From contig CDMY01000193.1 in NCBI GenBank assembly GCA_001179505.1, positions 62,001-126,000 on the forward strand: a stretch of 64,000 nucleotides of DNA, written 5' to 3'. This DNA is from Vitrella brassicaformis CCMP3155 (Eukaryota > Protista > Chromerida). Position numbers and translations under genes: made by a program. Below the pieces are notes generated by a model. That model was given only the letters and a program-made list of their open reading frames with translations. It was not told the origin of the DNA and searched no databases. Shown one piece after another: positions 45,501 through 58,154 of the stretch (the first letter of the stretch is position 1; every line of letters starts with the position of its first letter).

Positions 45501-48500
45501 AATCGGCGGCACCTCTGTCTGTCTGTCTGTGTTGCTCAGCGCAAGGTGAAGTTTAAGGGGCCGACTGGTGACGCGCAGGAGAGCAGCGGAAGAGGACCGA
45601 CGCTGCAGCGCAAACCCACCGGGATGCCCGCCACTGCCCTCCGCCAGGCGCTCCTCGACATGGACGATGACGAAGACGACCAAGAGCAACACGCGTCATC
45701 GCCGGACCCCGCGACGGACCCCGCCGACCCCGACCTCAAACGCTCAACCGAGTCGGCAGCGCTCGCGCCTCGCGTGGAGACAGGATGGGACGAACAGGTG
45801 GCCGAGGAAGAGGGTGGCACACCGTCTAAAGGCCCACAGGCAGCTGAGCAGGAGGAAGCGGGGTGGAGCAGGTGGACGAGGGAGGAGCCAGAGGGGACAG
45901 AGGGGGAGCTGCCACCGTCCCTGCCGGCACATGAGACGTCGCAGGAGGCAGCAGAGCCATCGCCACCACCCAGGGATGAAGATGCTGCGGGCAAGAGGAA
46001 GAAGTCGTCCATTCTGTTTGCCGACCGGCCCGAACCCAAGGCTGAGCTACTCTCCAGCAAGCAGGACGGCGACTTACATGCACTCAAGGTATGCACTGAC
46101 AGACGATATGCACATCGTTGGTCTATCCATGCACGCACTTGGTGTATGCACGCCAGGCTCTGAACCAGTCTTTGCGAGAGAGCATGAAGCTCAACCCAAG
46201 TAGGTCACCCTTTCTGTCTGCCTGACGCAGGCCAACCAGCCTGGATGTGTGACCGATGCTCAATTGCTTCCTGTCTGTGTGGCAGCACTGGCAGCATCTG
46301 ACAAGTTCCAGGACCTCAAGCGCATCTCACGTGATATGGCCAAGGAGCTGCCCGTCAGCGATGCAGGCTTCTCCAGCGACGAGCAAGTAAGATGCGATAC
46401 CTGCATACAAGAATGACGTTGATACATGAGCTCGCCCGTCTGTTGTGTTGCTCTTGTGGTGCGTGCGATGTGCAGCCCGAAGGTGAAGAGAGCACCCCCT
46501 ATCAGCCGACGCCCTCCCGCCCACCCCCAGCCCCCCGCAACATCCTACACCTCTATGGTGAAGACACACCAAAGGAAGACGAGACAGGGCCGACAAGTCA
46601 GGATACCACCGCGCCCAAGCCACAAGGGGAAACAGTTCAACAGCCGCAGGTTGCTGACGACAGCGTGTCCGAAAGGCAAGAGGGGACAACGGCTGCAGCA
46701 GAAGAGGCGGCACAGGATAGCTCAGCGGCAGATGACCAGCGGCACAATGGCGTGCCAAAGGGAGACGAGCGGGCAGCTGCTGCAGAGCAACAAGGCGGCG
46801 ATACGTCGGGGGCTGCAGAGGATGCAAGGGCGCCTGAGAGGGAGGAAGACAAGGAGGAGGAGGAGAATGGGCTGATGAGCCTGTAAGACGACCGCACAAA
46901 GACAGACAGACAGACAGACAGAAGACAGACAGCAATGTCTCCGTGGTCCATCACATACACGTCTCTCATGTCCATCCAGAGAGGCGCCTGTTCCTGATGA
47001 ATCGCAAGCGAACGGAACCAAGGAGGGAGACAAGGAGAGGGGGGACCTGGACGACATTGAAGAGTTCGACTGGTGGGCTGGCGAGACATGCATGTAGTGG
47101 GCCGACAGTCATCGACATCGACGTTTTCTGTTTCAGGAAGGCAGAGGTGGAAAAGGGCCTCCCAACCACCCAATGGCTGGTCCGCATGCAAGCCAGCGAT
47201 CACTGATCGTATCGTCTGATTGGTATCCCTTGCCTATCTCCTTCTTTGTTTCTTGCCGACAGACGGCGAGGGCATATGCGGAGTTTCTTGGCTTGGTATG
47301 GCCGTCAATCAGCCGTGCCCGCACACCTTTCGGATCCCTCATGCTGATGGTTGCTGTGCAGGACACTCGTGGTGCCGACCTTCAGCTGTATCGTCTGTTT
47401 CGGCCCATATTCGCCTCTGACCTGCCGGCGCCGTGGAACGCCAGGCGAGACAGCCAGCAACTGGTGAGTGGCTGATGCAAGCAAGAGAGAGCTTGACACG
47501 CGGCGTTGATGCCCTCGTGTGCGTGTGGGTGGGTCAGGTGTTCTTCTATCATCCCGGGCTGGTCACGACACAGTGGCGCCACCCGCTCGAAGGTCAGCTA
47601 CTTGTCCCCGAAAACTTCTGTCTGGGCGACGGTGGACGTACAATGCCTCTGTGTGCATCTGCTCGAAGAGTTCTACATGGAGCTCGTCAGCCTCTACAAG
47701 GCCCACAGGAGGACCTCTGCATCGGAGGGCGCAGAGCCCGCCGCCCCTCAGACAGCAGAGGGCGGCGGCACTGACACCGACAATAAACCGAGAGAGGCGC
47801 TCAAATTCGATGAACTGCGGCTGCGGGCTGCGATAGAGAACATCATAACGGACCTGACGGATGCCGGCCAGCTGGTCAAGCAATACGGCCAGTGGAAGGG
47901 GCCCTACGTAGAGAAGAAGGCGCCTCTTACCGACAAGAGGGGGACCTTCGTGCCGTCAGAGGGAGAGGGAGAGGGTGAGGCGCCGTCAAGCCCCACAGAC
48001 AGACCTGCACAGCCAAGGAAGAGGAGAAAGTACTTTGCTGCGTACAAACAGGTGGCTGAGGGGAGAAAGCTGATGAGCACAGCACGGATGGTGGAGATGT
48101 GTGTGTGTCTGATCGGTGATGTTATGCAGTCTGAGGGCTCGAAAACTTTCCCGAAAGCTCGATGGGACGACCCCGTGGAAACAACGGCGAAAGAGCTCAC
48201 ACTCAAATTGACGTACCGTACACACGGCACCCGAACAAAACGACACACACTCTGATGCAACATGTGTCTCCCTGTTGGACTCTTTCCAACTGCAGAATGT
48301 TGCTGCATCTGTGGAGAGCCGCCTTGCCGGGCTACGCCTTCCCCATCGACCCCCCTCATATATACCGCACCGCACACCAGGCGGCACAGAGCGCCCTCAT
48401 TCACCAAAGCAGCAAGCGGCCCACATCCGTGGCCGCCGCTCCACACGACACTGAGAGCGTGAGGAGGGCCTCGCACGAGAGGCGAGAACGGTGTCATTGA
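42505..48500 (+). CDS. Large disordered protein with four LQRK(G/P)TG(M/L)P-LRxAL-acidic repeats, RVxF motifs and C-terminal CEP164-like WW module(s)
   Basis: ATG 42505; long exons (e.g. ORF 43805-45556). Repeats near 44657, 44828, 45220 and 45603. Spliced AYAEFLGLDTRGADLQLYRLFRPIFASDLPAPWNARRDSQQLVFFYHPGLVTTQWRHP, then a second split WW-like unit (WKGPY...KYF...RWDDP). Some small exon joins near 46090-47260 are tentative. Confidence 0.68.
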
Positions 48501-49141
48501 TACATGCCTTGTCTTCTGCTATCGTTGACACTGTTGAGGTTTGTTGTCGATACTCAGTCCGGCCTGCTGGCCCACTATGGCGCCCACGGTTTGTGTGTTT
48601 CCGCGTGTGTGTCTCTCTGTGTCTCCATTTGTGTGCGTGGAGGGCCGATGCTGTCATTGCTACCGTCTTTCCATGCCATGCCTGGATGCGCAAGATGCTT
48701 GTGTTTTGTGTGTCCGTTTTATTTCCTTCATTCCTGACGCCGAGTGCGCGTGTGACACTGTGCGGCAAGACGGGAGAGAAGATCTTGGCGTGTGACACGC
48801 ACGGCGTCGGTGGAACGAGGAACGATTGACGAACGATCTCTCTCCAATTAACGGTCGCGATCGCGCGCGAAGATGCTGAGCTAGCAGCGACTTCGGGAGT
48901 AAAAGCATAAAGCTTGACGTCAGCCCGTGGTTCGTCGGTTGTGTTGCTTCCCAGAGTCGGTGATTTGAATCGCGCCCCGGCCAGCGAGGGAGGGCGTCGG
49001 TGTTTCAGTGCGTGAGAGGGAGGCACACATAGCATCCATCGAGGGTCCTGCCATCCCAGCGGAGGGGGACTCGGACAACGGCATCGGTGGTGAGGTGGCC
49101 TGTTGACGACGGGCCACCTCTTGTCTGTTGTGCGGGAGTCG

Positions 49142-50496
49142 ATGGCGCAGTCGCCATCCACGCGGAAGCAATGTGACTTCACCAAGCTGTAAGTGAAGCC
49201 GGCACACATGGGAAACACTGTCGGGAGGCAGCCGGGATGCCACACAGCACAGAGTCAGTTTCGCCTTCACGTGGCTGAGCAGAGAGGCAGCGAGAGCCAG
49301 ACAGCATGGTGGCTCACAGTCGGATGGCTGTGTGCTTGGAGCCTCGCAGAGGCGCAGTGGTGTCTCGTTTGACGCCGCTGGACCGCAGGGATAAATTGTT
49401 CCTGTCCTGTCTTTCGCCTGTGTGTGTGTGTGTGGTGGTTGTGTGTCAGGATGATAGCTGGTTACGAGATCGACCTGAACAACAGCAATACGCAGGACTT
49501 CTTCGTCACCTTCAGAGGGCCCAAGGAGAGTAAGCAGACCCTCACACCACAGAAAGAGGGAGGCAGATGTGGGCTCACGTCATGTGTCTTTTGTGTGTGA
49601 ATGGAATGTGTCTTCAGCTGCGTATGAGGGTGGGATATGGAAGGTTCACGTTGAGCTGCCGGACCAGTACCCTTTTGCGTCGCCATCCATCGGATTCGTC
49701 AACAAAATCCTCCACCCGAACGTTGACGAGGCGTACGCACGCACACCAACATCTACACAAAGTTGCATTGCACACTGGTGTGCCCTGTGCTGGCCTGTGG
49801 TTGACTTGCAGGTCAGGGTCTGTGTGTCTGGACGTCATCAACCAGACCTGGACACCACTATACAGTCAGCTACACACACAACACCAACTACACCGTTCGG
49901 CTCTCATCTGTGATGGCGTGTGTGTGTGCTTTTGTCTGCACATCACACACATCTCTCTGTTTGTAGGTTTGGTGAACATCTTTGACGTGTTTCTGCCGCA
50001 GCTGTTGACGTACCCCAACCCCACCGACCCCCTCAACAGCGAGGCCGCGTCCCTCTACATGAGGGACAGAAAAAAATACGAAGACAAAGTCAGAGGTACG
50101 GTGCGGTACGCACCTCCACTATCAATCAATCAATCGCACACACCCACCCACCCACTTCTCTCTCTGTCCCTTTCTTTGGTTGGCCCCTCAGAGTACGTTC
50201 GCGAGTACGCCAGCGAGCGCACGTGGCAGAGTTCTTCATCCCGGCAGGGCTCATCCAAGGCGTCGTCCATGTCGACGTCCGCCAACGGCAACCCCTCGCG
50301 TGCACACAACGGCCCCAGTGGGACCCCATCTGGTGCGGCCACGGACAGCAATGGCGACACGGCCATGGGTGGGGAGGGAGGGGGAATGGGCGGCGGGGGC
50401 GGGGGCGGCGATGATAACGATGAGGACGACCCCATGAGTGAGGTCAGTGACCTGTCGCAGGACAACGACGAGGATGAACTCGACCTCGAGGACTGA
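49142..50496 (+). CDS. UBC8: Ubiquitin-conjugating enzyme E2, Ubc8/UBE2H type, with acidic tail
   Basis: [25 protein letters not shown]...[73 protein letters not shown]. Confidence 0.96.
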
Positions 50497-50499
50497 CAC

Positions 50500-53400
50500 T
50501 GACACTGACACAAACGACGGGGGAGCACTCTGCCGGTAGGTCAACACCCACGCAACGCACGCCCCCACAGCACATGCATGGGTGGGTTTCTGTGCGTGCG
50601 TTGCTCCTGCATCAGGTTTCCCTTCCCCGCCGTGTGTATGGTGTCGGTCGGTCGGTCGGTCGGCCGTTGTTTTTGCTCTCTCTTCCTTCCTTGGTGTCTG
50701 TCGTTGTCATCGTTTTTCCGCTAGCCAGCTGCTCCATTGATGGGATGCATGGATGGGTGGGTAGATGGGTGGGTAGATGGGTGGGTGGGTGGGTGGGTGG
50801 AGTGAGGGACATATGAATGGAGGGAGCCAGAAGGAACGACGTGACGTGCCCACACGACGGAACGACGACGGATTTTTTTCGTTTGTTTCGCTTCGCATCG
50901 CCCCTACTCCTCCCTCTCTCCCTTTCTCCCGTAACCCACATTCCATTCCCTGCCTGATGTGTTACTCATTCACTCACTCAGCTACTCGCTTATCGATCCA
51001 TCCATCCAGCCACATCCGTGTGTCTGTGTGTCTACACGCGCATGCGTCCATGGACGAGCAGACCCGGAGGGAAACGCCCCTCCTCCCCCCTGTGGATGCA
51101 CTCTTCCCATGCCCGTCTGCTTGCTGACTCTCTCTCTCTCTCTCTGTCTCTCCCTCCCTCTCTCTAGTCTAGGCTTTCAATTCGGCGGCCCTCTATGTCT
51201 GTCTGTCTGTCTATCTGTCACTCCATACGCCTGCTGTCAGTCTGTATTGTGTGTATGTGTGTGTGTGTGTGTGTATGTCATATTGCTGCCTCACCTACTT
51301 GCTCCTGAAGCGATACCAAAAATGGGAACGGACGGACGCCTGGCCGGCCGCTTTTGTTGTTTCCTCTTGTCAAGCCTGGATGGGTGGGCGGATGGATGGA
51401 TGGTGTGTCTGTCTGGTTTGTGTTCTCTCTCTCTCTCTCTCTGGCTAGAGACTGCGTCGGCAGGAGCGGGGAAGGTGTCCGCCTGTCCGTTTGTCAGTCT
51501 GTCTGTCTGTGTTGGTTCTCTTGTACCATACACCGTGTTAAGATGATTCACGCGTACCCACCCATCCATGCACAACATGCAACACACGCAGGCAGACGTA
51601 CACACACACACAGACACATACCTTTCCAGCATATGCACAGACGTATTTTGTCAAGGTGTTTGGATAATTGGTCGATGTGCCACGTACCCCCGTGGGTGTG
51701 TGTGGAAGAAAGTGTGTGTGGGGTGAGTGAGTGGACGAATGAAAAAGCGCCCTGCTGATGTACCATAGTATTGCTGGCTGGCTCGCTACACGTGCCGAAT
51801 ACACGGTCGCCGACGCATGTCTGTCTGCCTGTCTGTCTGTCTGTGTCTGCGCATGGCATCTGGTGGATAACGAACACACACACACACTCACTCCCTCCTG
51901 TGTGGATCGATCCACCTTGCAGTGACTGCTGGTGTCGTCGTCTTTTTCCCATGATGAGTGTGATGATGCACACACCACCACACCACACCACACCACACAG
52001 TCTGGCCGGCCACCCCCTCCCCCCTCCTCATGTCTGTCTGTCTGTCTGCCTGTTCATCTCTTCTAGCTAGTGCCTGCGTCCGTGCGTGTCGGCTGGCCGG
52101 TAGACGGACGGACTTCCTTCGTGTGTGCGCGGACACGTACCTATCTACTCGGCTGGAAGAGAGACAGCAGCGGTCAGGACAGACACGACGGACAAGGGTT
52201 GTCTGCCAAATGAGCGCATACGAAGGAAGAAGTAAAGGACAGGAAGGAAAGCTGACTGACGTGGATGGCTGGATGGCTGGATGGATGATGGCTGGTGGCG
52301 TAGCGTGCACAATCGGACCTCATCGATCACATACAGACCGGCCGAGCGACTCAAGTAAGTGTGCGGACGCGGTGTGATGCTGCTGGTTGCTGGCTGATAC
52401 ACACAGACACACATACACACGTCCACTGGCAGAAAGAGAGACGGGCAGACCAGAGGCAAGGCAGGGGCCAAGCGGCGGAATGGGACGACCTGTGCCCACC
52501 AGTTTTCGATGATACCATGCCATACCATCATATGCATGCTTTCTAGGTGTTGGTCAGTCAGCCATCTATCTCTCGACACAAGACCGGACGTTTCTCTTTC
52601 TTAAGATATGCAGAGTGCTGTTTCTTTCTTTCAATACCTACCCGCACCGAGCCAGCCAACAGACCGACACACAGCCAGCCAGCCAGCCAGCTAGCTCTGT
52701 TTCTCTGTTTCTCTGTTTGTCAGTGCACTCACTCCATGTAAGTATAGCCAACCGAGTGTCTCAGCGGCTCAGGCGTCCACCCATGCCGTCGTGTCAGTCA
52801 GTGAGTCAGCGAGGGGTATTTTTGTGTGATCGATCGTATCGCCATACGCCATGCGGTGCGGTGCGATGCGATGCGCCTCTCACCCATCTGCTTCCTTCCC
52901 CTCTCCGTGGATGTCGCCACGACCTCACACCTTTCCTCTCACACCTCACCTCTCTCTCCTCTTTCTTCCCGTATGCGTCACTCTTTTTGCTTGCCGTGCC
53001 GTGCCATGACATACCACACATTCACACGCACACGTGAGTGATCGGTTGACGTTTTTTGTGCACACCATGCAGCAAGTACCGTGGAGTGAGTACACACAGT
53101 ACAGTCAGGGGACAAACGTGGCGATCGCACTGCTAGGAACTCTGGTGTGACTAACCGTCGTATGGTGGAGGGATGGATGGATGGATGGATGAGGCAGTCA
53201 GTCAGCCAGCGAGGCATGGAAGGGAGAGTCGTTGTGGTGTGTGCCCTGTCTGTGAGGTCCTTTCCAACGAAACCGACCACTCACTACGGGCGCGGCGGCA
53301 GCCAGCCAGCCGTAGGGGGTGGGTGGGCGAAGAGAGAGAGAGAGTGCTTAACAACCGACCGATGGGTGTGGTGTCCGTGCTTGGTTTGTTGGTTTGTCGT

Positions 53401-53850
53401 TGCATTCGTGTGTGCCTGCCTGCCTGCCTGCCTGCCTGCCTGCCATGGGTGCCTGTGGTGTGTCGATGTGATGTGTGGCTGCGATTTTGCTGTCGTTGTG
53501 ATGTAGGCAGTGTAGGCAGGAGGCAGGCGATTGTTTGCTGCGAGGGATGCATTTGAGATGGATGGATGGATGGCACAGGCGCCAGCCGAAGCCAACCAGT
53601 GAGTCAGCCAGTCAGTCAGCCAGCCAGACGTGCACTGCATGTACTGCTTGCCCCGCCCCCACGCCCGCCGCCCATCGGGTGCAGTGCAATCAGCTGCGGT
53701 GAGAATCCCAGAAAGGGCCGAAAAGTCAGTCATGAACACACGCATGCATTCATGCATCGCCTGTAAGACCTGTGCCCTGAACGCTCGCGCCGTCCCACAT
53801 CGCATGCATCCTTCGATCGCGCTGTAGATCGCGGCGAAGGATCGGGTGTT
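50500..53850. repeat. About 3.3-kb microsatellite-rich non-coding interval
   Basis: Dense (GGGT)n, (CT)n, (GTCT)n, (GGAT)n, (CAGC)n, (GCCT)n and (CA)n tracts. No ORF with coding-like composition. Confidence 0.75.
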
Positions 53851-53914
53851 TCGTCGCACCCCTCACCTCCACACACCCTCTCCGATCTTCCATATATCGC
53901 ACCCTCCACCCGCG

Positions 53915-56699
53915 ATGGCGATGATCTGGCTGTCCCTCGCAGCGGTCCTGGTGGCTCTCCTCCCCTCCACACCCATCGCTCTCGAGTGCAATGCGCCCAA
54001 CGCGGGAGCACTGTCATCCATCCCCCACTGCGTGCCGCTCTCTGACGAAGCCATCTTTTACTGGCGCTTCGACGACAGCCGAGGAAAGATCCAGCTCGGA
54101 GGACACTTTAAGGCGGCCGGATGGGTCGGATTGGGCCTGTCAGCAAACGGCGGTAAGTGCGCAATGCAGATCTCACGGTTGCCGCATCGTCACGCACTGG
54201 CGTACTTGTTGATCTGCCCGGCGTGCAGGCATGAAGGGTGCTGACATCATTGTGGTCCGCGAAGGCAGCAACGGCACATATGTGGTGGAGGACATGTTCT
54301 CCACCGACTACGCGATGCCCACGCTCGACGCACAGCAGAATGTGGAGCTGATCTTCGCCAACCGCACTGGACAGGAGACCGTGTTTCTGGTTGAGCGGGA
54401 TATAGAGCCGTGCGACATATGGGAAGACTTTGACATCAGCAAGGGAGAAATGAAGGTAGGTATGTCGTGGCCTTAATGGATGGATGGACGGCTGGATGGG
54501 TGCAGTGTAGCCACAGCAGCTGCGTGTGTTGCCCGTGTGTGTGTGTATGTGCGTGTGTGTGCAGGTGATCGCCGCGTGGCAAGCTGAAGAGATCCACGAG
54601 CTGATGTATCACGGGCCGGCCAAGAGGGTCACCAAGGCACTCATTCTCAGAGACCACGACCAGATCAGCCCCATCGAGCAGACACCGGGCATCCAGACCG
54701 TCGACATTCAGATGCCTAACGTAAATAACACACTCATCCACTCATCCATCCACTCGCCGAGCCGATCCACAGACATGCACCCATCGCATCGTTTTTTCTT
54801 GTTTGTATGTTTTGGTGTGGTGTGGTGTGGTGTGCAGGTGACCATCCCGTCCAAGCACACGACGTACATGTGTCTGCCCGTGGTTTTGCCCGACGACCGC
54901 AAATACCATATGGTAGCCAACGACCCATTGATCTCTCCTCAAAGGGGCGGCGACCTCGTCCATCACATGATCATCTACCACTGCGACGCACCGGAAGAGC
55001 GTATGCGCCATACAGACAGACACCCACCCACCCCACACACACAGACAGAGGGAGGGAGGGAGGGAGGCATGATTGTTCATGTGTGTGCAGCATCGTCCTG
55101 GTTGAGTGGTCCCAAGCCGTGTGGCGAGATGAAATGCGGCTTCTGGGCTGGCTGGGCGGTCGGTGGCGGCAGGTGGGTCGCACCAGAGCAGGCGGGCATG
55201 CCCATGGGCAAGGGCCAAGGGTCGGCACGATACGTCATGCTCGAGGTGAGACACACACACACACACACACACGGAGGCCCGGAAGGCGCCCTAGACGCCC
55301 TGCATATCATTTTGTGTGACACGCAGGTGCATTATGACAACCGTGAGTTCCTGGAGAACATCACCGACAGCAGCGGCTTCAGGCTCTTCTATACGGATGA
55401 CCTACGGACACACGACGCCGCCGTGCTCACACTGGGCCGGCCACTGGAGTCGCTCAAGATCCCACCTGGCGAGAGCTCATTCCTCCTCTCCAATGAGTGC
55501 CCGGGGTGAGCTGCTGCACGACACGAGCCACAAATGCAGGTGTCATGTCGGTGGCTTGGATATCTGTGTGCTTATCAAAACATACAGTGAGTGCACTTAC
55601 AAGAAGCTGCCGGCTGGCGGGCTGACGGTGTTCGGTGTGGCCCTCCATGCACACGAGTACGGCACCTCCATCATCACGCGACACATCAGAGGTGCGGGGC
55701 GTGGCGTGAGCGAGAGGGCGGGGCGACAGACAGACACCAACACGGATACCTACCGAGCACAGATGAGATGTGTGTGTGTGTGGTGTGCAGATGGGAAGGA
55801 GCTGGCTCCCCTGGGCCACCAGCCCTACTACGATTTCAACCATCAGCAAATGGACTACGTCGACTCACGAAAGATCCTGCCGGGCGACAGATTCATCACC
55901 GAGTGAGCTACCCACCACCACCAGGCGCCCCCACTGGTCATTTCCTCTTCCGTGTGCCGTCTGTCTGTCTGCCTGTCTGTCTGTCTGTTCAGGTGCGTCT
56001 TCAACTCAGAGAGGGCGGATAAGCCCATCCTCGGAGGTGAGTCCACCACTGAAGAGATGTGCTTCGCCTTCACCTTGTAAGTATGCGAACACACACACAC
56101 GCCCACACGCGCACACACGAGCACGATACACTGACGCAGAAGTGTCCCCCTGTGCTGTGTGCAGCTATTACCCGATGATTAAGGGGTGGAGTTGCCTTGA
56201 CTTCGTCGAGCAGCCAGGCTTCGACGACATCAAGAATGTCTCAGCGGACACCTCCTTCGCCCTGTGCAGCGGCGAGTCGCTCGCAGTCGACAGACGACAA
56301 AGGCGGAGGAGGAGGATGCAAGTCGAGAACAACACTGACACCGACAGCAACAACAGCACAGAAAAGGCCAATGATGACGCTGAGGAAGACGACGACAAGG
56401 ACATCTCTCCCGAGGAGTTCAAGCGCCGCTTTGTGGGCTACAACAGGACAGAGCTCGACACCTATATCCGCTTGGAGGAGCCGAAGGCTGACCGGCTCAG
56501 CCTGGAGAGATGTGGGGGCAAGAAGGAGGAGGGAAAGATGCCAGTGGTCAAAAGCCAGGCCACCGGCAATGATGACAGTGGCGTCGGTGTGGTGGAGGTG
56601 ATGGGCGCTTCCGATGCCACTGGGGCTGCCGCAAAACTGGCGTGTCCGGGGATGCCGATGCTCGTGGGGGTCGCCATGAGTGTGCTGCTGATGATGTAG
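53915..56699 (+). CDS. DOMON + copper type II ascorbate-dependent monooxygenase (DBH/MOXD1-like)
   Basis: Signal peptide, DOMON (GWVGLGLSANGGMKGADII), VTIPSKHTTYMC, VHHMIIYHC, GWAVGG, LEVHYDN, DSSGFRLFYT, ALHAHEYG, YDFNHQ, GGESTTEEMCFAF, hydrophobic C-terminus. Confidence 0.93.
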
Positions 56700-56849
56700 A
56701 GATGGCGCAGAATGAAGGTTTTTTCGTTTCAGACACGTGTGTGTCGACGTGAGGTCTGCAACAAGGCGGGTAGCTGAATCGGCATCTGCCTGCAATTAGG
56801 TGTGCCTTTCTGTCTGCTGGCATCCTAATTACTGACAGCACTGCTGGAT

Positions 56850-58100
56850 GGATTCATTCACACGGAGATACATGTACGTGTGTCTGTCTGTCTGTCTGTC
56901 TGGGTGTGTGTGGTGTGGTGTGGTGTGGGTGTGTGTCGCCTTTATGTTCATCCGTGCCTGCCTGCCCGAGGCGTGTCTGTCTGTCTGTCTGTCTGCGTGT
57001 GTCATGACATGTGCTGTCTGTGTCTATCTATCTGAGTGTGCTGCTTGGTGTGTACGCACCCACTGCTTTTTAGCTCAAGTGAGTGCATATCTGCCATACG
57101 TGGCATACGTGGCGAGTGGCATTTGTGGCCGCGACATACATACAGATGGACAGACGTCCATCCATACGGTCGATCATAGATGAACCTGTGTGGTGTGCCG
57201 TGTCGTGTGGTGTCGGGTGCACTGTTCACTGACTGACTGTTGCATGATGGATGACGGGATCGCAGGACAGACGGCTGCCTGCGCATCCTCTCGCAAGAAA
57301 GATGTCTGTGTGTGTGTGTGTGTGTGCCTACTCCCTCACACACACACATACACACATCCGCATCGAGAGGCTGTGCACGCACCCGCCTTGCCTTGCCTTG
57401 TCTTGTTTGGTGAACCTAGTTCCGCTGTGGAGCGTCGTACGGTTAAATCTTACATCCATCCTGATGTGATTGATGTACACGGACGGGATCATTCCTAACG
57501 ATTTGGTCGGATGGATGGATGGATGGCTGGATGCATGGGCTGGGTGCAGCCCAGCCCCCCTACACCTCTCTCTCCCCTTTGCTGCTCTCTTTTTCGTGGG
57601 GGCCTCCCGGCGTGCGTGCGTGCGGACCTGCATAACAGGCATGTGCTGTTGGTTCTTTATTGTTCGTGCTGGGCTGTGCTTGTGTGTCTTCTGACGTGTC
57701 TGTCATGGAGGGACCCACAGGGCATCCAGACCAACACACACACCGACCTTTGGCGCTGGTTCAAGATTGAAAGTATGATCGTACTCCGTCTGTCTGTCCG
57801 TCTGTCTGTCCATTGCTTTTCATCAAGCAGGCGGGCAGAGACACAGCAGCAAATTCCTTTCTCCCTTCCCTTGGTGTAAGCAAAAGCCATTAATTAGGTC
57901 GCTTTGGACCTACAACTTGGTGAAGCAGAAAGCAGGTGTGCTCACTCACTCAAGCCACAGCAAAACAATCGATCCACAGCAAAACAATCGATCCCCCGCC
58001 CCATCACACACACACACACACACTCACGCACTCACACGCCCCAACAGACAGTCAACCCCCACGGTGAATTCGCCCTCCCCCCTCCCTGCTCCCTTGATGC
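56850..58100. repeat. Microsatellite-rich convergent intergenic region
   Basis: (GTCT)n, (GT)n, (GGAT)n and (CA)n tracts between two convergent 3' ends. Confidence 0.75.
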
Positions 58101-58154
58101 TGAAGGCCTATATGTCTATCTGTCTATCTCTCTATGTTGTATGCTATCGGTCAG

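Noticed and set aside
48397-49245. 282-aa minus-strand ORF
   Set aside because: No recognisable motif. It overlaps the preceding gene's 3' end, (GT)n sequence, and the UBC8 promoter and first exon.
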